Shown piece after piece: positions 1 to 12,600 of a stretch of 64,000 nt of DNA (positions within the stretch are counted from its first letter, which is position 1; each line of letters starts with the position of its first letter). The notes under the pieces are model-generated. The model did no database searches, was not told the origin of the DNA, and saw nothing but the letters and a program-made list of their open reading frames with translations. The stretch lies in assembly GCA_964270895.1 (NCBI GenBank), contig OZ185440.1, one strand, 5' to 3'. The DNA comes from Podarcis filfolensis (lineage: Eukaryota). A program made the translations under genes and the position numbers.

Positions 1-348
1 TTGGGAGCAGGTGCTTCACAATATGGAACTTAGTAATAATTCATGTTCTCATTAAAGGGGGCCTCTCTGCTTGGTAATATGCACATATTTAAAATGCCAT
101 TTATGATTTTAGGCTAGCCATCCTCAACCTGGTAACCCTCCCAAGGATTTGGACCACAACTCCGCTCACCATGCTGGCTGGGGCTGATGGGAATCGTAGT
201 CCAAAACATCAAAAGAGCACCTGGCTGAGGAATCCTGTTTTCAGCACACTAAACGGCCATGTCAGAGGATGTACCAGGGACAGTATGTTATAATGGTAGC
301 AGAGCATCAGACTAGGACATGTGAGACCTGGGTTCAAATCCTCACTTG

Positions 349-867
349 CAGTGTTCGAAATTAGCCAGGCATGTTCTGCACCTGGATATCAACCACTTGC
401 GACCAAGTGAAGATGCCCACGAGCCAGGATGATGCCTGACATCTCCACCATCTGGAGGTGCATGTCTTGGGATCATTGGATCGGGCGTATTTTCACACAC
501 AAATACCACATCCTGCAGAATTCTCTCTGTTATGCTTCATCTGTGTAACTGGAATGAATTTCAGGAACCAAAACGCTTTTTCTGTGCGGCCTGAGCAGCA
601 GCTATCACTATTAAGAAAAAAGAGGCAGGAAAAGGCCAATATATATGTGGACTGTCCCTGGATCAAGTGACCTTTTTTTTTTTAAGTTCTCAAAGCCCTT
701 TACCTAGCTCAAGGTTGTCATCTGAACTAGCTAGATGCTTAACAGATAACCAATCACAGTCAGTCCATCATTTGAAAAATAAGACTTTAGAGCCGTCTTA
801 GGCAACCGTAACCTTGGTTTAAAGGCTATTTTGGAGCCTAGCTGATATATCTGAGTTTCTAACACTG
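349..867. mobile_element. TIR-bounded non-autonomous DNA transposon nested in a MIR-like SINE
   Basis: CAGTGTTCGAAA / TTTCTAACACTG termini; SINE head with B box GGTTCAAATCC (277-348) left and SINE body (876-1008) right. Confidence 0.6.
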
Positions 868-3800
868 CTTGCTAATCGGCCTTGGGCCAGTCATTGCCTC
901 TCAGTCTTACCTACCTCACAGGGCTGTTGTGGCGATTAAACAAGGGCAGAGTACACCACCTTGAGCTCCTTGGAGGAAAAGGTGGGATTTAAATGCAACA
1001 AATAAATATATAAAATACTGAAGATTCCTCTACCTGGGAGCAAACTTGCTATAGGCCCTTGATACTGCAACTTGCATTGCATATCCCCCCCCCCCCAGTA
1101 CATCAGCCCTTATGGTCCTAAAAGACAACAGGATGCCCCTTCATGATTGCACATGCACAAGCACCAAAGAAGAAAAAAACACCATTACCCATTTCTGACA
1201 TTAGTTTCTAAACTCAAAGCCCTTCCAACTGTTAGTACAAAGAATTTAACCTGGGACCTTGGGCATGAAAAGCACATGCTCTCTGACACTGAGCTATGGG
1301 CAAGCCCCCAAACTTTAGGGCTTTCTTGCTTAGCAGAGTAGGGTTGGGGGTTAATATGCTTCCTGGCAGTTGCTGAAAAACATTTTGGTGTCTTAATTCC
1401 ATCTGACTTTTAGCAGCAATTGTTTTATTGCAACTTTTTAATGGTTCTATCTTTTTAAGTGCTTGCATATTGTTGTATTCTAATCTTTGGTTATATGTCA
1501 CTTTGGGCATTTTCATTAAAAAGTGATGATTAAATATTGTAAATAATTTAAGCAATGAAACTGACTGCCTCTTTGTACAGTATGCGTACAAAGTATTTTT
1601 TTTACACTATAAAAATCATGAGTACAGTATAAGAACTGCATCTCAGTGATTTGCAGCCTGGTCCTGTGGGTGTTTATACAGCAGTAAACCCATTGAGTAC
1701 AATAGAGATTACTTCCAAGTAAGGGTGCATAGAACTGAAGTCATAATTTTCCTCCCACAAGACAGGCGTGGCGTGGCACTTTTGGATTTTGCTGTAACCA
1801 CAAGTCCAAATCTTCTAGAGAGCAAGCCACACTTGTCATGATTTGGAGCACGTGTATTTTTTTGCAAATGGACAGCCTTTTTAAAATCGCAAAACGGATG
1901 TATCGAAAAGGTACACAACAGTTGTTTTTAGATAAGATTTTCTTTCTGCAACACTAGTAGCCCCACAGGGGCAGCTTTTCACATTTCAATAGGCAACTAA
2001 AAAGAGTGGCAGCAAAGCTTCAAAGGCCTGCCCTTGAAGATTTCAGTTAAGAAAAAGCTGTTGTGTTTTGAGGGCATTTGTTGCAATATGTTTGCAACTC
2101 CTACTAACTAGGAAAATGACGTCAAATGAAATGATGTTCAATGAGCCACCCTCTTTTTAGGAAAAATGGGTTTGTGCCTTTGGCATGCATGAGAACATAA
2201 TAGCAGCACAACAACTGGATCACACCAAGGCCCACTTAGTCTAGCAATCTGTTTCCAGCAGTGGTCAGTTAGATTCCACCCCCAGAGCTGGGCATGAAGA
2301 TAGCAATCACACCCTGCTTCTTGTCCCCATTTTTTAAATTTATATAGTACCAAAAAAATCTCGCTTTTCCCCTCTGAAAGGCACTAATCAAAGTGGCTAG
2401 ATAAAACAAATGAAAATGAATATAGATTCAGAACCACGTGGCTAAAACCTGTGTATATCTATGCCTTATGAAACCTAGTGGCTGTCTCCACATCTTGTGG
2501 CAGTAAAATCAATACATTCATGATGCATTGTTCATCCCCAATACAAAGGCCCAGGTTTATCTGGTTTTGTGTGGGGCCAGAAATATAGGGATACATTTGG
2601 TCTGGAACACATTGACTGGGAAGACTGGAACAGGGACAGGCCATAGCACCATGGTACAGTGTCTGCCTCACATACAGAATAGCCCAGGATTGATTCCCTG
2701 AATCTCTAGGTAGGGCTGCAAGCGTCACCTGTCTGAAATCCTGGAGCTGCTGCCAGTCAGTGTAGACCACACTCAGCTAGACTGACCAATGGTCTGACTC
2801 TGTACAAGGCAGCTTCCTATGTTCCTTACCTTCTATACTGTACCCCGGCAATTCTGTTATCAGAATGGAACTTTGCTTCTTTTAGCAGCTAAGCACCCTT
2901 GTTCTATACAAGCCATTTATAATGTGAAAGAAAATGAAGACAGAACTTTTGGAGAGGCAGGGTGAATACTCCCCCACCCCCTTTCAAATTAAGAATGCAA
3001 TGAAGAACAGCAATTACATGGTGTGGAAAGCTTTCTTGCACAGTTCAAGACTGCCTTGAACCGTGGACATAATTAAGCTTACTATGCAGTATCTTTCTGT
3101 CCAATGCAAATACCCTAAGTTTTCTGAATATTTAGCCAGCCTCTATAGAGGATCTAACAGGCAGCCTTCAGTGAACTGAGCAAGAGCATCAGCTGCTGCA
3201 TACAAAATGCTACTGTAGAAGAAAAGTACAGTACAGCAATATAATAGGGCTGCTGGTCTCTCTTATGTGATAAACATATCAATCTAAGCAGTTCGCCAAG
3301 TATGTTTCAACCAACATATTGGCTTTGCTATTCAGAGATCCACTGAAATGAAGCACACAGAACACATGACCACATTGATTTCATTAGGTAGCAATAAGGG
3401 GGGGATAATTAGATGCGCTTTGTGCAGTAGCAAGGCAACCTTGCAATAAGAAATTCTTTTTGGGGGGGAATACTAATATTCAACTATAAGTGTCAATTAG
3501 ATCTGCATATTCTCATAGGCAAGTGGAATTCAGGTGGAATTGACAGGTGTAAAGGTCTGAAACAGCCAGTTCAGATTACTGCTGTCATATTTCTACACCA
3601 CAAAAGAATGTCAGGGAAAAGGTGCATCACTGTGAAAGGCTGGCAACAACTGGAAGAGAATGTTGCCCATGTAATACTCAGTAAGAAGAGAAAGCTAGAC
3701 ACACCATTTTTACTAATTATTTAAAACATCTCAACTAAAGTCACAAACTGAAGATATTGAAGCCTTAGGATATACTACTTTGGGATCATAAGGAAGGAAA

Positions 3801-4746
3801 AGCAGAATGAAATTAATCCAGCCTTGCATTAGGTCTTGGACCAGAGAAGCTCCTTCCCACGTTGCCTCTTAGTACCAAAACATGATCTTAACTACTACAT
3901 GTGCTTCAGCACTACCCACAACAGGGTGATGTGAGGACAGAATGAGGCTGGAATGCTATTCCAGACATGCCAGTTTTAAAAACCATCAAGGGCCATAGCA
4001 GCACAGCATTTTTGTGTCATTTTAATCAAGAGAAAAAAGAAAGCAGATCTGCTCCCAAATTGTACTTGCTTTTTGCTGCTTCTGTGACAACAGTGGCAGG
4101 CTGAAACAGAGGAGAAGAAGTAGGAAGATGCTAGGACATATCTCCTTTGCTTAGCACAGTAGTAAAGCACTTTGCTGTACTGCAGGTTTACTGCTTTGCT
4201 CACTTAACGCTAAAGTAAAAATTTACCTAGCAGTGCATTCTCTCCTAGGGTTCAATACCAGCATGCTCTGGTCCTTTGAAACACCAAACTCCATGTGGAT
4301 GTAATGTACTACTCTGGGGAAAACATATGATTTAAAGCTGTGCAACTCATAAACCTGCTGGAATCCAAAGAATCTCAGATTTTACTTCTTTTAGCAAAGT
4401 TGTGTTTCTAGCCCTCATGGTGGCAGAGGAAAGCCTGAAGGAAAAGCTGCTAACAGACTAGATACAATCGGAGCAGCGCAATCTACCCAGAAAAATTTCA
4501 AATTTACAGATGCTGCAAAATGTCCATCAACTGGTTCCTGAACAGCTACCTGCATAATGCCAATTACAACTAATTGGAATATGCAGAACAGAGCACATGT
4601 AACTCCATGTCCAAAGAGACCTTCACAGTACAATCTGTCCAACCCTGCATTTACAGTAAAATCTGGAACATTTGCTTCGTTTTAAGCAATAGGCACCAAT
4701 AGCGCAGAAAAAGAAAGAGGGGGGACTCCTTCAAGCCTTTCCTTAC

Positions 4747-5820
4747 CTGGTGGCAACTGAAAGTTCTGAATATTTGTTGGATTCTGAGGAGGCTGAGGCA
4801 GACGAGGTGCTAAAACAGTGGGAGTCAAAGTTGCTCTGATTCCACTTGTAGTTGCCGTCGGAGTCCTTGGTAGGCTCTGCGCCACTGTGTTGGCTGCACC
4901 CTTAGCCAGGCCTGTGGGGGTGCCTGGAGGCGCAGGAGGAACCCCACCAGGATTAGGGGCCACGTTGGGCAGGCCAGCTTGCATAGTTTGCCCGATTATC
5001 ATATTACCCCCTGTAGTACTGGGCTGGCCACCAGCAGCCAGAGTCTGCTGTTGAGTTACCGTCTGCACAATAGTTTTAGGAGACTCCGATTTGATGACCT
5101 GCGTGGTGGGTGCAGCCGGTACCCCAGAACCTGGCTGGCTGTTCACGAGGGTGGTCTGGAGGGAAACACCAGACCCCACGGTGGCTGCAGCGACAGCCGC
5201 GGGAGGAAAACTCCCCACGTTGATGGTCGAATTGATCACAGTATTGCTCCCGTTCTGGGTGGCTGCAGCCACGGAGGGTCCTGCCGTGTGAATGGGTGGC
5301 CTCACCAATGCTACAGTTGGTCCCCCAGCTCCAATACTTGGGGGCTGCTGTGAGGAGATCACCGTTGGGGAGGGCGAAGAGGCGGAGGACACCCCAGTGC
5401 CAAGGAAAGAAGTCTGGATGACGGTATTTGAAGCGGATGGCAAGACGGCGTTAACGGTACTGACTTTCCCCACATTTCCAGGTCCATTGTTAACAAGAGG
5501 GGTGACAGCAGGGATTACGGTAGGGTTTGCCGTTACAGGCGTGGCCGAGAAAGCTGCGTGAGAATTCATCACTACGTTACTCCCATTCAAGGTCTGCACT
5601 GTCGTGGTCCCAATTTTACCATTCCTGGTAGATAAAGCTGTTGCCATGGTGCTGATTACCACTGATTTACCCTGGCTAAGGGTCCCTGGGGTGACAGCAG
5701 CTTCAGATCCGCCTTGGACAGGTGCAGTGGTGCTGGTGCTGGTTGTGGTGGCCCCGTCCAAAGTAGAACCCTGGGACCTGGCGTTATGATTGATAACACT
5801 CCCTTGCACTCCACCAGCTC
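4747..5820 (-). CDS. TAF4: TAF4 coding exon 2 (low-complexity N-terminal region)
   Basis: Acceptor ttttatttgcag|GA at 5821/5820 fits phase 1 and the frame of ORF 4682..5809; contains QTLNGS, LVNNGP, KSESPK and ends RTPTATTSGIRATLTPTVLAPRLPQPPQNPTNIQNFQLPP-G|gtaagg, matching TAF4; 1074 nt. Downstream exons are outside the window. Confidence 0.95.
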
Positions 5821-7919
5821 CTGCAAATAAAACAAAGGCGATTAAATGTCAAGAACATACAAAAATAAGAGAGAAGCCAAGAAGTCTTTTGACTAGAGAA
5901 GCCAAGAAGAAAACATCTGCCAAACTCTGCTAAAACAGTGGGACTCTTCTCCTTTGTCTTAAACTCTCTATATTGAAGGACATGAAAAAGGTGAAAATAT
6001 TTCCAGAGCGGAAAATAAAAAAAATCATCTCACTGTTCCCATCCCCCCACAAACGGTAAACTTAATAATTAACCAAAGCCATATATATATATGACACACA
6101 CAATAAGAAATCAGCTCCTAAGGGGATTGATTATATGTTTCTTTTTCCTTCTTTGGACACTATAGCACTGTGTTTGATAATACTCTACTGCAAGCCTGCT
6201 CTAGCAGTTGCAGGGAGGAAAAAAGAGAAAAGTAAATAAGGGGCAGCCCAGAGGCTTCAACCCCCTCCATACAATCCCCTCATCTGCTATAGGAAAACCT
6301 AGTGGCTAAATGTTTCCTGTTGAATGGAACAACGTGGAAAAGTGGGACTGAACAGCAGCTGTCAGAGAGATGATAGAAGGCAAGGCAGTGTTAGAGGACT
6401 TCACCCTCCCTCTTAAACATACACACATTAAACCCTGCTGCTTTGATTGCTGCTCCTACAAAGGAAAACAAATACTAGCAAAGATGCTTCTTTTGCACCC
6501 AGAAAACCCACTGACCCTAGCAAAGTCTGGCATTATGTGTTACACCATCCCTGACTTTACAGGCCCCGTATTTAAAAGACACAAGTAGGAGGACTGTAAT
6601 CAGATAGATAACGTCACACAAATCAGGGCTACCGGAGGGTTGTTCCTCCAAGATCCCCCTTTTCTAACCTGGAGTCCTACATGCAACAGCATCCCTGTAA
6701 TATTTCAGTCACACAAAAGCGAGGGAAAAATATATAGAGGGGGAGGGGAGTGTAAATCATGGTGGTGGAGGGGGAGAGAAGCACTGTTTTCTTTCCCTTA
6801 CAATGCTCCTCTAGCCATGCAGTGAAAGACAGGACCAAATGTTATGATACCCCTCGCAGTCCACTGTCTTGCTATAAAGGGGAAAACATTCACAGATGGG
6901 CTGTCATCTCTCCCAACCCCACGGGCAAGAGGGGCTTGTCCTCAGATTCGAAGCAAACCACACAGCCTGGCATATTGTTTAAGGAGAAAGAAGAGACTCA
7001 AAAGGTTGAGGTATAACCCCGACGACAACGGAAGGAGAAGCAGCCAAACAGACCGGCCTTTGCAAAGAGGTATATTTAAAAAGGGTTCCTGACCCCGACG
7101 TCCCCCCATCACTTCCTCTTCTCAGGGGAAGCTGGTGTCATGATTAATAACAATGCCCCCCCTCCACACAAAAATCCTTGCACTTCGGCTACAGAGAGTG
7201 GGGAGGGCAAGGAAGAATTCAGACAGCTCCAGAAGAGCATTATATATATATATACAGAGGGAGAGGGAGAGAGAGGACGGGAGAATCTCCCCTGTAAACA
7301 ACACAATTTCTTATTTCTTTGACAAGGCAGTGGGTAGGGGGGAGGGGGGAGGAGCAGAAGTCAAATGCCAAGGGTCTCCCCTCACGATCAATCAGGAGCA
7401 CCCCAAATACCCCAGCTACCAGGAGATTGAAGTGGGGGGGGAAGGGATGACATAATTAAAAAGGAGGGGGGTGGAGACGGTGTTAAAGAGGAGAACTGCC
7501 ATACATACACACATATACAACCACAACAAAACCCCTTAATAATCCATTTCCACTCTAGATGTAGTAGGAAGGGGGGGAGGGGAGGCCAGTCCCAGCCAAA
7601 AATAGTATGTTGCGGGGAGGGGAGCGAGGGGGGGTTGGAGGGTGAGAGGTTGGCATTCTAGGAAGGCCTCCCTCGCCCCCGACCCTCTCCACCCAGCCAC
7701 CCCCTTGCACACTCCAATTCCTATCATAACAACAAATGGGGGGGGGGGAGAGAAGAGAGAGAATGGGAAAGAGGAAAAGGAAAGAGAAAAGAGCAAGGAG
7801 GGGAGCCAGCAGTCCCGCTTTAGGGGGGAAGAGGCAGGAGGGGGGGAAGGGAAGGGGGCAGCGGGGGGAAGGGGAGAAGGGGAGCCCCCTCTGCCCCCTG
7901 AGGAAAGAGGGCAGCCCCT

Positions 7920-9600
7920 TCCCACCCCCACCCCCCGTCGCCTCGCCAGGTTACCTGGCTTGGTGATCTCGGGGCCACTGAGTCCCATCTTGGCGGCGCT
8001 GGTGGCGGCGGCGGCGCTGCTGCTGCCGCTGCCTCCGCCGCCGCCGGTGGTGGTGCCGGTGCCGCTGCCGGGGCTCTCGGTGTGGACATGAGCACTGCTG
8101 CTGCCGCCTCCTCCTCCTCCTCCTCCGCCTCCTCCTCCGCCGCCGCCACCTCCTCCTACTCCTCCAGGGCTCGGGCTCGGGCTGCTGCTACTGCTGCTGC
8201 TGCTCACAACATGGTTCCCCAGCAGCCCCCCAGCGGCCCTGAGGGGCTCCTGCGCCCTGTGGTGCTGGTGGTGGTGGCTCGAGGCCGCCAGCTGAGACTC
8301 CAGGGAGCCCACCAGGTCGCTCACCACCTTCTCGTCCACATCAGGGTTCAGGAAAACCTCATCCAGCAGATCCGAGCCCGCCGCCATCTTTTTTTTGGAG
8401 GGTTCCTGTGAGAGGCTCCCGCCCGACCGACCGCCTGCCGGCCCCCCTCCTCCTCCTCCTCCTCCTCGCTCACTCCTCCCTCCCCCCGCCCTCCTCGCGC
8501 TCGCCACCCCTCCCCTTTCTCCCTCACTCACTCATTTTACACATACACCCAGCTCCCCTCCCGCCCCGGCCTTCCCGCACTAGGCATGCGCGCGAGGGAG
8601 GGGGGAAGAGGGGAGGGGCGGGCCGGCAGCCGAGGCATCACATCAGCGGCCGGAGAGGGATTCCGCCGGCTCCCCATTGGACGGCCGGTCGCTATAAAAG
8701 CTCGGGCAAATGGCTGCGAGCGCTTAGTAAGGGGACGGGCGGCGGCGGGCCCGGCTGCGGCCTAGCGAAGGGGGTTGGGGGGAAGGAGGAGGAGGGGGAA
8801 GGGAGGAGCGCCGGGTGCGCGCGCGGTTGGCGGAGAGGGGTTTGCGAGCGTGGCGGAGGTGGCACTGTTGACAGCCGCCGCCGCCGCCTCAGAGGCGAGC
8901 AGCCGCCGTCGCAGTTCTTTGTCTGGCGAAGCCCAAAATGGCTGCATGTTCGGCGGCGGCGGCGGCTCCCGCTCTTCTCCCTCCCTGCCTGCCTGCGCGC
9001 CCCTGAGGTTTCCCTCGGCGGAGCGGGTCTGAAGGGCAACCCCGCCGCACCTGTGCCAGCTGCTGTAACCGATACACCCGCGGGAAGGGGCGGCGGTGAG
9101 GGGAGAGGAAGAGGGCCGGGCTCGACCCGGCGGCGGCCCGCCTGCCTGTGGGTGAGAAGGGCCTCGTCCCGCCGGGGAAGCCCGCCGGCCTCGCCTCTTA
9201 GCTGAGGAGACGGGAGGTCTCGCCCGCTCGCCTCGGCCTTGGGGGAAGAAGGGCCCGCGCTCGCTTCCTGGCCATGCCGGCTGCCGCCTCTTTCCTTCCC
9301 TCAGCCTTGGTTTCTAACAGAGTTTGAGATCTCTCACACGGCAACCCAGGGGGGGACCCTCTCGACACCCCCCAATCCTTGTCATGGGGCTCCCCGTTTT
9401 GCAGACACACGCATAGGCTTCCCCGCCCCAGTTGAAATGCGCCCCTCCCTATTGTTAAAAATATTTTTAAAGAGTCCTCTTCAGTGTCAAAATCAGCGCC
9501 CTCCTCCTCTCCCGCCTTTATTTTTCAAATCGCTTCCTTAACTCTCTCTCTCTGCGAGGCCGGCACGAAATCTCCCCCCCCCCCCACCACGTCAAGCCGC
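7920..9600. promoter_or_regulatory. CpG island / TAF4 promoter and 5' UTR
   Basis: Very GC- and CpG-rich; ATTGG (CCAAT on minus) 8676-8680, TATAAAAG on plus 8693-8700, YY1-like AAATGGCTGC motifs near 8708 and 8936; boundaries approximate. Confidence 0.85.
7955..8387 (-). CDS. TAF4: TAF4 (TFIID subunit 4) coding exon 1
   Basis: ATG at 8387 in context aaagATGG; translates MAAGSDLLDEVFLNPDVDEKVVSDLVGSLESQLAASSHHHQH..., the recognisable TAF4 N-terminus; ends at CCAG|gtaac (donor 7954), 433 nt, phase 1. Confidence 0.95.
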
Positions 9601-12600
9601 CGCCTTTCCATTTAGGAAGTTCTCTAGTATAACTGATCCTCACAGACGTTTTTTTCTTTCTTTCTTATTTCATGCTGTCCTGAGAGCAGCTGGCTGCTCA
9701 CATCGCAGCCATGTCGTCATACCTTCCAGTTTTTAAGTTGCTATCTGAGAGAGAGAGGAGAGATCTCCACTTTGCATGTAAAGAATTTCTCTGAAGGAGA
9801 CAACTCCTGTTTCTAAAGTAAGTTGAAAGGAGAAGGGTAGCAGATAGGCCTTAAAGTGCAGAGACTGAAGGAATGTAGGACCTCACCCCCAAATCTGGGG
9901 GTGGGTACAATTCCTGTTTCGGTGTCACTTCATAGAATTGTAGAGCTGGAAGGGACCCCCAAGGGTCATCTAGTCCAACCCGCCACTATGCTATCCTTAA
10001 TGTTCTTAACATCTCCCCCCCCCTTTACATGGCTTAAAGTCACTTGTAATCAGATTTTGGTGTGGTTTTTTGGTCAAAACAACTCACCGAAGCTTCCTAT
10101 AGTGGTCCTTTTGCATTGCAAAGTCACATTTGTTAGTGCCGCCCTTGTCATAGTGTGGTTGGCCTGCAGCGTAAAGCTGCCTGTGAAGATCTCTGTGCTC
10201 TCCTTCCTCAGACTGGCAGAGGTGCAGGCTATGTGTGCCGCCACGTATCACAATTTATCGCCAGTCAGTTGTAAATGGAATCATTCAGAATTCTCTTTGT
10301 GTTCCTCTCCCTGCCTTCTTTAACCAATTTAATCTGGAAAGCATGTACTACCAGGCTGTGCTAGTCACTGTCTCCCTTGCCGAGATACCTTATGTTGCTG
10401 TTGCCCTTTATTAATTATTTCTGTGCTTAGCCCACCCCATCCTGAGGGTTCAGGATGGGTGGCAGTACTTTATTCTATAATTTATACTTCTAATGAGACT
10501 TTTAGAATGGTGAAAATTAGAGGGGATGGAAACATCTACTTAAACCTGACAATTAAAAGAATCCACCAATACCAAGGCTTTTAATACCAGGCGTCAAGCT
10601 CTTGAGCAACTCCCAGTTTTAAGACAAAGGGGTTATGTTCTGCTTTACAGCATATTTCATCTCGGTTTTAAGGAGTTAAGAAGGCTAAGCTTTCCTGTTA
10701 TCAGTCAGTGTCAGTGCACTGCAGGTATTTCAGGTGCCTCTCTGGGCAACTGGAGGGGTTCTGCACTCCTTGCAGCAGGTAACTGGTTTTGTTCCCAATT
10801 AAGGATTAGCTGAGGAAGTACTGAAAATGGGTAGCATACATGGAAGCTGCTAACCTATGTCAAGAATTTCTACAAAAAAGACAATGAAATTCTTGATTTT
10901 GAATTTAGAAAACTTTGCAAACTGATAGCCCCATTCTTTATGCGAGCTACGTAAATACACAGAGAAAGGGTTTTTTATATTAAAGCCTTGGGAGAAAAAG
11001 AAAAGGGGGGGGGATGATCAGTAGCTGTTCAGACTGCCCTTTAAAGTTCAGCAGCAAAAGGCAGGGGGAAAGGATGGCTTGAGAGCATCATAACTAAGTC
11101 ATTAACCCCTCACGTCTCAGGAAAAGCTGTAAACCTTTACATAGGCTAGAAAAAAAGAACCTAAATAAATCTGCTTCATGCTTTGCTTTCTCTTGACAGA
11201 GGGAACACATGCCATGCCCTTGATTCTGATCACCACTGCAAGAGATGGTGTCTGAGACATACCAGCTTCCCTTACACATTTCAGACACCCAGTTTTCCCA
11301 AGTTTGGGCGTAAGACTGTTAATATGAATTAACTTCACGTCCGTCATATTATTGTCCCTTTGTCCTTTTAATCTGGCCATTTTACACCACCCTACCCTAA
11401 ATCCTGCCTGTCTTTTGGATAGCTACACATACGGCTTGGTAATTGCTGCCTTCACAACAGGTAGTAGAGGTTTTTTGTTCAGTAAAATAAATGGAAAGAG
11501 CCAGGGCAGAAATGTACAACATACCTTTTTTTAAAAAAAAATGAACTTAAAGCAGCTTACAAAACAGAAAAGACTTAATATTTTAAATCATAACACCCAA
11601 CGCCTCGAAGACAGCAATGGCAATAAGGGGCGGCATGTTACTTACCAAAGTCCAGGTTGTCAGGAAGCAATAGTTACAAGTTGCTAGTCATTCTTGCCTA
11701 TTATGTTGTGCTTCTGCTTCCTTTTACCTTTGCCCCGTCTTGCAGCAAAATTACTAGTGAGCCTAATCACCTCTGAGGGAGGGGAAAAAACCTTGCCACT
11801 TCTGTGATCTGTGCAGCAAGTAGAATAGTTTGCACTAAAATCTTAAACAGTTCCTCAAGGAGGAAAAATGCACTGTTTATGTGACGCAAACTACTTTACA
11901 AACAGACCAATCATAGCCATGTTTACAAAGCAGTACCATTGATTTAAGTGGCTTTTACTGTACTTGCCAGTGTGTATGCTTAGAACTGCTGTCCAGGAGT
12001 GCAAGCCACTTCCAGTATGGCTTAGTCCAGAGATGGGAACAAGGTAGAATATGGTCTTGTCAGTGGACCGCTAGCCAATATCTGATAACACTGCTTAGTG
12101 CCTGCTTGTTCCTGGGATTCTTGATGGAGTAGGTCAGGCTTCCTCAAACTTGGCCCTCCAGATGTTTTTGGCCTACAACTCCCATGATCCCTAGCTAGCA
12201 AGACCAGTGGTCAGGGATGATGGGAATTGTAGTCTCAAAACATCTGGAGGGCCTGGACTAGGTGGACCTTAATAACATGCTGCAAGGCACTTCTTAAGTG
12301 TGCTCATGCTTTGTAAAACAGTAAGTTGGCTGGCTCAGATCAGTATCTCATAATTAACAACCAACCACTCGGCCAGCTGTGAGAGGTATGTGAAGCACTT
12401 TGAGATCAAAATTGCTCGGATCTGTGCCGAACTTGATGCCACAATTAGTGCAGTTCCATTGGAGGTTCTAGACCATCATCTTGTTACAGCCTGTGGGGTC
12501 TATTTCCATTGTTGTATAGCCTGAAGAAGTGTAGGGAACACTTGCAGCAGTGAGGCTGACTATAGTCCTCTTGATCCCAACTCATTTGACTAGCATGGGA

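Noticed and set aside
1-4746. Further TAF4 exons (MVLVRSENGQLL..., TAFH and histone-fold domains)
   Set aside because: Not found on the minus strand here; this region is intron and the exons must lie left of the window
4818-5789. Plus-strand ORFs overlapping TAF4 exon 2
   Set aside because: Antisense shadows of a real coding exon
7536-8531. 331-aa ORF as a single-exon gene or N-terminally extended TAF4
   Set aside because: It is TAF4 exon 1 plus a 5' UTR extension from a weak-context GTG and read-through into the intron past the donor at 7954
8408-9205. 265-aa and other long ORFs in the TAF4 CpG island
   Set aside because: Arg/Gly/Pro-rich ORFs expected from stop-codon scarcity in GC-rich DNA; no recognisable domain
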